Source: Lama guanicoe (taxonomy: Eukaryota). From it: a stretch of 64,000 bases of DNA. The translations under genes and the position numbers were made by a program. The stretch covers positions 11,274,873 to 11,338,872 of the forward strand of contig MU053881.1 of the NCBI GenBank assembly GCA_013239625.1, in the 5' to 3' direction. The notes below the pieces were generated by a model. It did not search any database, had not been told where the DNA came from, and worked only from the letters and a program-made list of their open reading frames with translations. Positions 1 through 11,790 of this stretch are shown piece by piece. Position 1 is the first letter of the stretch, and the number at the start of each line of letters is the position of its first letter.

Positions 1-105
1 CTTGAAATGTAGATAAGCATTTGGCAGGTGAAGATGTAGGGAAAAGAAGTGGCTGAGAGCATGAAGATTAGGAAAACAAGGAAAAAAGGGTTCATGTCGT
101 GGCTC

Positions 106-146
106 TGTGTGTGTGTGTGTGTATGTGTGTGTGTGTGCGCGCGCGC
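106..146. repeat. (TG)n(CG)n microsatellite
   Basis: 41 bp of uninterrupted pyrimidine-purine alternation, ending in gcgcgcgcgc. Confidence 0.95.
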
Positions 147-1714
147 TGGAGAAAAAAGATGATTACTATATGCACAGACACTACAAGTATTTTGATTTTA
201 AAAAACTCTAAAAAATACAGTAAATTAAAGTCCAGGATATAACACAAATAGTGCTACAGATTCTAAGTACCATAACTATTCATAGCTTGTCAGTAAGTTT
301 GGCACCTGGAGCTGTGAAATAGAGAACTTAAGCAGTTGGTTATGTGCAGTTCTTGAATTTTATCTGTGTTTCCATTACTCTCTGTCCTATTTTGCTTCCT
401 TTTCTACTTAAGAAAAGCATTTTGTAAAGCATTGGAATAAACGTGATGTTATGTGCATGAAGTCCACACTTAATTTTTAAGAAAGGAAACCATTCACAAA
501 CTTTAGGCTTTAATTATGAGTGGTATCACAATCACTGATGACATACTTCACAGCTGGTTATAGGATGTCAGAGTATCCTAGCACATTCTGGGAGCCAGGG
601 ATAATGGGGAGTAACTGGACATTTTACTGTTTATAAGATTAAGTGATATAATGGAAATTATGCTTTGGATACATAAGTCTTTGTGCAGAATGGATTGGAT
701 TGGGAAGAGTTTGGCAATCTAAATAGAGAGGCTAAAGACTGAAAGAGGTTGATGGCAGATGATATACAAAAAAGGAACATACACAAATATGACTCCAAAT
801 GTGGAAAGTACAGGAACAGTCCATTAACGACAAGGAAGGATCCCAGAAGATTTTGAATGTAGGTTACTGACAGCATGTTGGTCAACAAAAATAAGTCATA
901 AAGAGCAGACAGTTGGAATATATTCAGGGTTAGATACTCAAATAATACAGAGACCAAGATGGCCTATTGCCAGGATAACATTTAGTTTGAAACTGGAGAG
1001 AGAGGCATAGCTATAATTGGAAGGTAATTATATGAATATATGAAAGAAGGAGCAAATAATTTAAAAAAAGAAGGAAGCTGAGGACTAGTTACTAACCTAA
1101 ATTATTTATATCTAAGTAGTGTATCTATTTAGAAGAAATAGAAAAAGGAAGAAAAGGATATCAAAAGAACATCTGGGAAGGAGAACAAGCATGGTATAGT
1201 TCAAAATAATCCAAAGTGAAATAAATTTAGGATGAATGAAGAAGAAAACCTAGCAAAAGCTACAGAGATTATAGAGATGGTAGTATCAGAAAAAGCCATA
1301 GTATTTATCAACTAGGTGGTTACTAGAACATTAAGAAAATCTCATAGCACATAATAATTGAGCATTTTCTATGTGCCAGAAATTGTGCTTGGGTCTGAGG
1401 TTGGAAGTGAAGGGAAAAATAAAGAGAATACAATAATGAATGTAAATGACTCTTACACTCATAGTTTTTAAGTTGCAGTAGAGACAAAGGAAAAGAAGAA
1501 AACGTTAATAAATTAATAGACGGCAAGGACATTAAATAAATGTATATATATTATATGAAGGAGGAAAAGAAATGGATCCGCAGCTTGAAGGTATCTTTGT
1601 TTTTCTAGGTACGATTATGTGAAAAAATAGTTTTCTTTTTCTGTTAAACAAAACTCATTACCTAGTTGTTAGGGTTCTTACTTGTGTCAACGTATTACTT
1701 GTACGGCATGAGAT

Positions 1715-1878
1715 CAGGACCAACTATGCAATCTGTGAGATCTACTGCAAAATAAAAATGTGAGGCTCCTAGTTAAAACATTACTGAGAATTTCAAGATA
1801 GTGATCGCAGAACACTAAAAACAGGCTTCCTTTGAGCTTAGGCTCTGCCCGGGCTATATGCTCAGCAAGCCAGCCCTG
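1715..1878 (-). mobile_element. MER45A-like hAT-Tip100 MITE
   Basis: Termini CAGGACC...GCCAGCCCTG; the internal tgcaaaataaaaatgtgaggctcc...gaatttcaagata matches the reverse complement of the recalled MER45A consensus; flanks catgagat/cgtggaat could be a decayed 8-bp TSD. Confidence 0.8.
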
Positions 1879-1899
1879 CGTGGAATTCATTCTACCGCC

Positions 1900-2915
1900 T
1901 CATTACTCCTTTGGTCGTTGCTGCTGGCCCTCTCCTCCATCTCTTCACTGTGAGGTGCCCAGGGCTGTCCATTTTACCTTCATCTCCATCTAACCTCACT
2001 CCAAGGTACACTCTCTCAGTCTCAGGGCTTAGAACACCATCACTATATAACAATTCTCAAAGTTTCATCTCCAGGCCAAGCTTCTCTCCAGAACTCCAAA
2101 CCCATATATCCGACTGCACAGTCTACCTCTTCATCTAGCTGCTCAAAAGACATTTCAAGTTCAGTGTCCCAAATCTTTATCTCAAGCTCAACTTCTCATC
2201 TTTCCCAAAATTTGCTCTTATATAGCCTTACACATCTCCCTGACTGTAACCCCAATCTTCTAGTTTCTCACAGCCAATAAATGAATGAATGAATGAATGA
2301 AACTGTTTTTTAAATTTCTTTCCATTTTATATCCACTTCTAATCTATGACATTTAGGCTCTAAGTTCAAAATGCGTACAGAATCTGAACATGTCTTATGT
2401 CAACTGTTTCTACCCTGTACTGAGCCACCGTCATCTCTCTCCTGGATCACTGCAAGAGCTTGTTAACTGAACTCCTTGCCTTTGGAGACCTTTGGTCTCC
2501 TCAGTCTATCTTCAAACGAGTATAGCCAGGATGACTCTGTTAAAACCTAACTCAGATGAAGTCACTGAAATGGCGTCCCAGTCATCTCACAAATAAGACA
2601 CAAATTCCTCAAAATACCCTCAAAACTCTATGAGATCTATAAAATTGCAACAATTCCTTTGGCTGTATCTCCCCATACTTGGTCTAACTTAATCTGCACT
2701 ATTTTTGTCATAGGTCTCATCTCCTTGTAAAAGCCACGTAATTGATCAGGCTTTCTTTGGGCTTCTCTTCCACTTCTAACATGGAAGCACCACAAGGACA
2801 GTGATCTCTGTGTATCGCCTATTACATCTGAAGCTACTAACACAGCACCTGGCTCACAGCAGGTCCTCAATAAAAAGTTGTTGAATCAATGTACCATTAA
2901 ATAAGTGAACAAATG
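1900..2915 (+). mobile_element. LINE2 (L2) 3' region
   Basis: C/T-rich L2 body (ctctccagaactccaaacccatatatccgactgc, ctcctggatcactgcaa) ending in the typical L2 tail cctggctcacagcaggtcctcaataaaaagttgttgaatcaatg. Confidence 0.85.
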
Positions 2916-3679
2916 AAAGGAATTGTAAGCTTGTCATAGGTTAATACCGTGCCAAAGTATCATAAATTGAGCAATTAGAAGTCAATAAATCCTATCATAC
3001 TCTGAAAACCCTATAATAAGCAACATGATATAACTAAAAATATTCCACTTTACTAAGTGCTATTTATAGTGATGTCTGTCATAAAATGCACACTTATGGG
3101 GGGGTATCAAATAAATTTAATTTAGCTCTATGTTAAATGTTTCTCACTTTATCCTTTTGTTTCCAATAACTTAAATACCAATAAATGTATTTCCTTATGG
3201 GTATTATTTCTAACATTTAAATTTCTGACCTCCAAAACAGCAGGAATCGATTAACATTTAACAACATGGAAATGTGAAGAAATGAGGAAATTAATTATTG
3301 CATCTCATAACTCAGAATTTATGGCTCAGTTTCAATGCATCATGTAAAGGCTTTAGACTTCAGAAAATCAATTTAAAATTTGTGTTCCTACACAGTGGAG
3401 TGACAAATAAGGAGAAAGTATATAAATAACTCCATTCAAAGACCCAATAATCATTGGAGTTATATGCAAATTAACAATCAGAAAAAATTGTATCATCTCT
3501 AATCATTCTTATTAAGACAACAACAACAATAATAGAAGCCAGGCGAACATTACTGAAATGGCATTTTCACCTGATTTTCTATCATCCACTGTATGCTATG
3601 ATTTGTAAAGGGGAACTGTGAGTTTGACAAGAATGAGAATCAGCATAATGTAAAGTTTTAGACAAAAAGGAGTCAGAGA

Positions 3680-4020
3680 TGCTACTACCAGCATGATCCT
3701 TTTAAAAATACAAATTTGATGTCACGACTCTGCTGAAAATCCTGCAATAGCTCCCCTTTGTACTCACAATCAAAGCTGAAGTCCTTACAATGCTCCTCAG
3801 AGCTACATGATCAGATTCTTCCCACTCCAGACCTACTTTTTCCCACTTGGCTCTTCTTTGCCTTCTGTGCTACTGACCTCTTCCTGTTCCTTCAGCACTA
3901 TGGACACTAGGGTCCTTCTGATGTTGGGTCCTCTTCCTGGAATACTTTTCCCATCAATTTCTGCCTGGTAATTCCACTCTCTAATTCCAGTCTTTACTCA
4001 GTTATCACCTTATTCATGAG
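3680..4020 (+). mobile_element. L2 fragment
   Basis: gatccttttaaaaatacaaatttgatgtcacgactctgctgaaaatcctgcaatagctccc is characteristic of the L2 3' region. Confidence 0.7.
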
Positions 4021-4059
4021 ATCATAAATATACACACACATAAACAAGCAATTAACACT

Positions 4060-4790
4060 AGTCAGTTCTGTGCTTAATAATAAAACTCTAGAAATACTCC
4101 CAACCAAGTAAAAATAAAACAAAAATGTCCACAATCACCACTACTACAACAAATTACCGTGGAAGTGCTAACCAATGAAATTCTGCATGTTCATGTGCAC
4201 ACATACACACATGCATACATACACACACGCACACATACACACACACCCCTATGTATTTATTTAATTTATTGCTATTTGAAGAAATCATTTACTTAAAAAC
4301 CCAACCTTGTCATTGAAAAGTTTTCTAGGAAGATGATCTTTTAAAATAAACTCAGTAAACATCAAAGGTTTTTCTGAACTTCTACTGATATTTTTTAAGA
4401 AAACATAATGGATGTGACTAAATATACTAGAAATTAGCAAGATTTATATGAAGAAAAACTAGAATTCTTCACGAAGGAACACAAAAAAACACTAATAAAA
4501 TAAGAGACTATTATAAGAGACTCAATCACATAAAGAGATTAATCCTCTTAATTCAATCTGCCATAGAACTTAAACAATATCAAAATCTCATTCACAAAAT
4601 AATCCTACAGTTGCTGTAAAAAATGTAAAGATATGAAAATCGGCATAAAATAAGCAGAAAATAAAGAGTATGATGATTACGTACTTTCCCTACCAAATAG
4701 TAAAATGTATTATAAAACTAAAATATTAAGCATCTTATAATACCAAAGTTTTATTTTTAAATCTGTAAATTAGACTACTCAGCCAACTAC
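4060..4790 (+). mobile_element. Ancient L1 ORF2 fragment (RT region), with internal (CA)n at about 4198-4246
   Basis: Decayed equivalents of the L1 ORF2 motifs GCPLSPLLFNIVLEVLA (aaaatgtccacaatcaccacta...ggaagtgctaaccaatg) and LPDFKLYYKA. Confidence 0.7.
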
Positions 4791-4799
4791 TGAAGTCTT

Positions 4800-5900
4800 T
4801 ATTACTGCAACTGTCAGATTTTTTAAGTTAATCAAGTGGAGTCTTCAAAGTATAAAGTCATATAATCTGCAAATAATGAACAATTTACATTTTTCTCAGT
4901 TTTATCTTCATTTCTTTCTCTTCTCAGAATGAGTTGGTTCATATTTTCAAAACTGTTTAATAATAATTTCAAAACTAGACAGCCCCATACCCTGTTGCTT
5001 ACTTGTGAGAATGCTTTTTATGTTTCTCCGTTAATTATCAGAGAATTACTTGCTTTGTTTTGAAAAAGATATATTTAACTATTCATCTGTCTACTCAAAT
5101 TTTCTAGATTTTTTTTTCATAAGAACAATTTTTGAATTTTATTGAACACATCTTCAGCATGTATGGAAAAAAAATTAGTTTTTTTCTTGTTTGATTAACA
5201 TGGTTCTTACACTATTTCTCAATACTTGTATTCCTGGAAAGCACCTCAGTTGCTCATACCATATTATTCTCTCAATGGCATTTCACTGTAATTAAAATTT
5301 TTTTAGATGTGTTGCAGTTGTATTCAGAAATGAGAGCTGTCTCTATTTTTTGTCTTATGTTTTCTCTCTAGTTTAGTATCAGTATTTTACTGGTTTCATT
5401 AACAATCATTTAGAAACTTCCTTTATTTTTTTTCCCTGGTGTCTCTAATTTTTAATGTTTTGATAGAATTAACTTGCCAAATCAACCAAGCTTCACAAAA
5501 CTTTACTGAGAATGAGTGGTTGTTAAGGTTTTTTGAAAACTTTATTTTTTTCTTGTCACATTTGGTCTGTTTAGATTTTCTCTCTATTCTAGGATAAGTA
5601 TCTAAAATTTATTTTTTCTGTAAATTAGTAGTTTTTCAAGATTTTCAGATTAATGTATTGGAGTTGAATTAACACATAATTTTGAATCTTCTTTAATAAG
5701 GGACTGTTTCCAAATTATGATTGTTTTTATATGTTTGCTTTATCCTTTTTTCTTGTTTAAGCTAATAGTTTATTACTTTTAAGAACTACTTACTAATTTA
5801 CTTGATTATTCTACTGTTTTTGTTAATTTATTTCTCTTTATCCTTTACTAAATTCTACCTTCTCCATTCCTCTGCATCATTCTTCTTCATCACTACTTCA
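4800..5900 (-). mobile_element. Ancient L1 ORF2 fragment, antisense
   Basis: T-rich; gtcatataatctgcaaataa is the reverse complement of the LFADD-region coding sequence; cttgtattcctggaaag is the reverse complement of the FIPGMQ region. Confidence 0.75.
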
Positions 5901-6367
5901 ATCTGATCCATAGATCATTTAGTTTGTGTAAAAGCCATGGGTAAATCTAACACTTAGACAGTTCCTAGGGTAGACAGCCCCTATTCATACTGAAAGAGTC
6001 CTAGACTTTGTAGCTACTCTAGACATTTCATATCTAGATTCCAGGGGACATGGAAGTTTTATTACCAGAGATGGTGATGAAATGGTCATTACGGTTAAAA
6101 TGTGAGAGAAGTATGAAACCAAGAAATCCTCAATCCATCTGACTGTTTGGCTCACTGATTCAGGGTATGTCTTTGTGAGGGAAAAGAGAGGTGCCTTAGG
6201 GCTGAATTCCACTTATCACCTGATGCAACCTTTGTACTTATGAGTTAAATTATCATCTTCATTTGAGATATTTCATGTTTGTTTGTCACTATGAATATTC
6301 TAGGAGTAGTTTTTCCATTCATTATTTTGTAGTTTCTCCTACGTTCTCTAAATGTTCACTCATTAAA

Positions 6368-6428
6368 ATATATATAAATATATAAATATATATGATGGGT
6401 ATATATACATACATATATATATATATAT
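6368..6428. repeat. (AT)n-rich simple repeat
   Basis: Imperfect TA dinucleotide run. Confidence 0.85.
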
Positions 6429-6429
6429 A

Positions 6430-6960
6430 ATTTCCTAGCAAAGTCAAAAGTTCATTGAAAAAGCTCAACAAAAGACTGGCAAGACTGACAAAAAAACAGA
6501 ATAAGAAACAAAGAAATAAACATAATATTAGGAACCTATCTACAAAGATTTCAGAGATTAAATATAAAATAATATTTTACTATAAATATTGTACTTTTCT
6601 GCTCCTAAACCTGAAAACAGGATAAACATATAAGTAAACAAATATCTGGAAAATTTTTAATTAAGAAAACTGGCTCCCCCTAAATGGGATAACCTAGAAC
6701 ATATCATAAATATTGAGTCAACTTAATCTTTAAAATACCTTTACAAAAATCGAGCCCAGTTTTAGAAAAATTATACAATAATATTATCTCTGCACACTTT
6801 TTAAAAAAGAAAACAGAAAATTAGTGAACATTTTATGAGACAGATAAAACCTTGATAACAAAACCTGACAAGGGTATTATAAGAAAGAAAAATAACAGGC
6901 TGAACATGCTTATAAAAATAAATGCACACAGAGTTATTAAAACTAAGAGTTAATAGCTGG
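6430..6960 (+). mobile_element. Ancient L1 ORF2 fragment (upstream of RT)
   Basis: accttgataacaaaacctgacaagg...aagaaaataacaggc corresponds to the TLIPKPDKD...KENYRP motif. Confidence 0.7.
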
Positions 6961-7149
6961 CAGAGAAAAAGGAGCCATGATGATTCTAAAGCCATATAAA
7001 ACAAAATTACTCTCACACACTGATTTTCAAAAGCTGAGACCCACTCTTCAAATGGAATTCTTGGCAAGAAGATCCAAGTAAAACTGACTAAATTTCCGTA
7101 GATTCCATTTTGTGCAATATCTGTACAAAATGTTGCATGGCCCATAGTG

Positions 7150-10100
7150 ACCATAGGAAATCAGAATATACTGAGAAAGCCTGTGCCCTATCAGCCCTAA
7201 GAATGAACAAATTACAACAAAAATTTTCCTCCATAATTTTGGAAATAGAATTCAAACTGAACAAAGCAGTTATAAGAATGCTAGGGTAAGGAAGACAGCA
7301 TATTCAGACAACTAAGAATGGGGAAATATTCAGACGATATGAAAATAAGAATATGGACATGACTATACCAAAATGCTCTGTTTTCTGGAATATTATGGCA
7401 ACAACAAAAGAGAGAGTTCCAGGGATGTGACACTATGAAAACTACCTTGATTTCTACTACTACTTTTATATGAACAGTATTTATTTATAGGAAAGCATAT
7501 TTTACCTAACTATGAAAAAGAGAAAGAAGTTGCAATTGAATCACATAAAAAGATTATGACAATAAAATAAAAAATAATCTGAATTATGTACTAATAGACA
7601 ACTATGTCATGATAATAATTAGGCCATAAAGTACAAGCAAATCCTAACTTAATACTATGAAATTAGATATACAAGCTTTAGAAACTATATAAAAATTAAA
7701 AAAGAAATAAATTAGAAATAAAAAAGGTCAAAATGATATGTGGCTGAATAACAGAGCTAATAAAGCTCAAGAAAGAAATAGAAAATAAAGAAAAATATTT
7801 TAGAAATCAAGAATAAACAAGCAACAGTACAAGGATAGACACACTTAAATTACACTAATAGAAAGAAAAGAAATATAAACCTAAAAACAGAATTTTTTTA
7901 AAAGAACTGAGATAATTAATTTAGAAGGCAAAGAAGAACCAACACAGATATAATTGGAGTTCCCATAACAGGAAACCAATTAACAGAACAAAACAAATAG
8001 TAAGTGCACCAATCAAGAAAACATTATCCAAAATAAAGAGGACTTGAACTTACACTTAAGGAAATAAAAACTGTGTAACAAGGAAAATCAACCTACAAGA
8101 GTCAAAACCAAAACATATTTTAGAGGAAACCACTGTACTTTAGCTACAATGGAAATTTAAAACTCTTTGGACATTCACATAAAGACATTACCAAGTACCA
8201 AGTAAGGTTAAAATAAAACGTATTTCTTTCAGACTTACCAGCAGCAGCATTTCTTAACACAATTGAACCATATATTTAAAATTCTCAAAGAAAAACAAAA
8301 TGTGCTAAAACGATTTTAAGTCCAGGCAACACTATTATTCATGTATAATACTTATAAAACAATTTTGAGTCTGCAAGATATCAGAGAATTTTGTACTTTT
8401 AAGCCTTTACTGAATAAGTCTTTAAGAAGGAGTTTCAGATAACCAAGAATTGTTGAGGGAAACTTCAGTCTAAGGTGTACTGGTGAGCACTGATATACTT
8501 AATTGTAGCATCATGACTAGGTCACAGGGATAAAGATGATAGACTATTACTCAAATGTTAGTATTCTGACAAAACAGATACAAAAACAACAATCAAATAT
8601 GAGGATATAATGTACAGAGAAATTTCTGATTCAAAATAAGCTTATTGAAAAATTTGCAGTGTTAGTTGGAAATAACATTATTTAAAATTAAATGTTAATT
8701 TAGAGAAATAAAAAGAGAGTAAATAAGTTACTAATTAATTCCATGATTGTCCACAGTAGGAAACAAATCAACAGCATCTTAGAAACAGGGAACTAAATGA
8801 ATCATTATTATGGTAACCAGTAGAATAAAAGTATAAGAATTTCTAAATACCAGAAGATATTTTAAAATAAACAGATAACAGATGAAAGATGTTATAAAAT
8901 AACATGACAAAAGTAATACCAAATATATTTGTTGTATCAATACATGCAAATGGGCTCGAAAGAGCCATTAAAGATAAAAGAGTTTTTAACTAAACACCAA
9001 AAAAACTACATATATATTTTCCTAAGACCAAAAGAGAGTTTAAGAATGATTAGATAAAAAAAATAACACCAATAACATAGGACAAACAGTTCTAATGCTG
9101 AAACTACCAAAGATTCAAGTTGAAAAGAAGTGTGCTAATAATTAGAAATATTAATGTATATTTCACATTTTAAAACAGATCTAGTAGAAAAATTTCATAG
9201 GATATAGAAGACTTAAATAGCATATTTAACAAGGTTACTTTTATAATAGATGTTTAACATCAAAGTCTAAAAGTAAATATTTCATATTCTTTTCATATGC
9301 CATGAAAATTCTCACAAAGTGGCATTATATTAGGTATAGAAATGTCACTAATTTTTAAAAAACAGATAATATAAGTACACTCTCTGACTACAATAAAATA
9401 AACTTCAAAATTAAAAATATAGGAAAACATAAAGAACAGGCAAAAAAATACAAGAAAGTGTTCTACATGGAAGTTTTTTAAACATGTCCATGGGATAAAA
9501 GGATAATGTACAAATGTAGTACAAAATGAAATTGCACAATTGCTTCAAAAAATGATAACAAAATACAATATATTTGACCTATGGAATATAGTTAAAGCAG
9601 CAATCCAAGGAAATTTCATGAGATGAAATCATCAAAAGAGTTAAAAAAAAAAGACTTAAAAAGGTAAATATCAGTAATTTAATATTGTACTTTAAAGGGA
9701 AATTATAAATCAAAAGAAATGAAAGAACCACTCAATAAGTGGTATAGTAATTATGAAGCCAACCTTATTTTTAAAGACAGAGGAATCACAGATACAGAAA
9801 GAGAAGGGAGAAAAGTTGTCCAAGCCTAGAAAATCTTTTTCAAAAAACCATAAACAATTACTAGAAGAAATTCTATGCAAAAATATTTGAAACCTAAATA
9901 CAATGGCTAAGTTTCTGAAAATATAACAGTAATAACTGACTATATTTGACAGAAAAATTCCAAGTCCAGTTTTCAGAAAAGACACAGAAAAATTTCCAAA
10001 TATCTCTCCCACATGAAAAGAACAAGACCCAGATGCTTTTATGATTCTTTTAGAAAATAGATAAATATCAGAGAATATATGGCTACTGACCCAATTACAG

Positions 10101-11545
10101 AGTACTAAAGTAAATGTTCCAAATATTTTATATTAAGTCAAATGAAACACTGATTTCAAAATATTTGAAGATAACAGAAAAAGAAAGCACTACAGATAAA
10201 TCTCCTTAATGAACACTGAAGCAAAAAACACATGAAATATTAGGAAATCAGATCCAACAAAATGTTAACTAAATAATCATTGTGATCCATTTAAGTGTTT
10301 GGTAGGAATTCAGAGATAATTTGTTATTAGGAAATGTGTTAATATAATTCAACAAATTAATAAAAAGGAGGAAACCATATGATTTCTACAGAGAATGCAA
10401 AGAAAAGCATTTGACAAGATACTATCAAGATTAAAACACTAAATACAAGAGGAAATAATGAATACTTCATTAACATAATAAAATATGTATATCTCAGCTC
10501 CAAAGCAAGTATTTTATTTATTAGAAAAAGTTTAAAGCATTCCAATAGCCATGCACAAGATGTGCGTGGGTACCTACAATCTTCACCACTATTTAACATT
10601 GTTTTGGAAGGATTATCCAAAGTACTCCATAGCCAACCCACCCTATCAGTGCGTTTCACATCTGCAAATTCAACCAACTGCAGATGGAAAATATTTGAAA
10701 AAAATTCCATAATGTTCTAAAAAGCACAACTTGATTTGCCTCAGGCTGGCAACTATTTACATAGCATTTACTTTGTATTTACAACTATTTACATAGCATT
10801 ATGTTGTATTAGACATTATAAGTAATGTAGAGATGATTTAAAGTACACAGGATGAAGTGTGTAGCTTATATGCAAATATTATGCCATTTTATATAAAAGA
10901 TTTGAACATTTGTGGATTTTAATATGGAGGTTGGGGGAAGATTGTGGGGGGCTCGTCCTGGGACCAATCACATTGAATACTGAGGGACAAATATATTTGC
11001 AGGTGATCTGATTGCATATCTGGAAAACCCAATAGTAACAGCAAAATTTTTTTTTCAATTTGGTAAAATAGCTGGATACAAAATGTAAAGAAATCAATTA
11101 TCTTTAAACATAAAGTCAGTAAAAAAACAATTAAAAAGACGTTTCAAGAGAAAAAGAATGCATAGGCATAAACCCTAACAAGAAACTTGTAAAACTCTCT
11201 TGAAAGTCATGAAAAGCAGATGTGAACAAATGTCAATTTTCCCTAAGTTAATTTATAACTTCAACATCATCCCAACAGTGACACCAGTTGGTTTTTTCAG
11301 AGCTTACAACGTTGATCATAAATCTTAAATTAAAGAATATATTAGCAAGAATAGTGAGTAAATCCCCCCAAAAGAAGAGTATGGTGTGTGTGTGTGTTTG
11401 ATAGGGGTATACATAAACATTCAAACATATTTACTTCAAATACTCTATAATCAAATCATTGTGAGAATGGTTCTTGAATTGGATAACGGTCTAACGGAAC
11501 AGAACAGAAAACCCAGACATAGACTCAATGCATATGGAAATGTGT
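7150..11545 (+). mobile_element. Long ancient L1 (L1M-type): ORF1 remnant, spacer and ORF2 from the endonuclease start (about 8903) through RT; no 3' end; interrupted by a Tigger MITE
   Basis: ORF1-like agaaccaacacagatataattggagttccc; atgacaaaagtaataccaaatatatttgttgtatcaatacatgcaaatgggctc resembles MTGSNSHITILTLNVNGL; gcaaagaaaagcatttgacaag resembles AEKAFDK; cggaacagaacagaaaacccagac resembles WNRTE; many stops and frameshifts. Confidence 0.8.
10630..10993 (-). mobile_element. MER2-like TcMar-Tigger MITE inserted in L1 ORF2
   Basis: caactatttacatagcattta...attataagtaatgtagagatgatttaaagtacacagg...ttatatgcaaatattatgccattttatataa...gtcctgggaccaatc...actgagggac matches the reverse complement of the recalled MER2 consensus. 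Confidence 0.85.
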
Positions 11546-11696
11546 ACATCATTGCATCATTATGAGACACCAAACCCTGAAGCCATTATGCCATTGAAAG
11601 CGTCTTTGTTTTGTTTTAATTCATTAAAACAAATGTGGTTACAGTATTTATTTGTCCCATGGGCAGCTTTTTCTGGTTAGTATTCTTTATAGGTCA

Positions 11697-11790
11697 TTTT
11701 CCTTCCTTCCTTCCTTCTTGTTTTTTTTTTTTTTAATTCTTTTCTTTTTTCTTTTTCTTCTTTTTATTTTCCTTTTCTTCTCTCTCTCTT
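11697..11790. repeat. T/C-rich low-complexity tract ((CCTT)n, poly-T)
   Basis: Seen directly in the sequence. Confidence 0.9.

Noticed and set aside
10750..10812. Tandem caactatttacatagcatt repeat
   Set aside because: Internal to the MER2-like Tigger element; two copies only; not CRISPR-like
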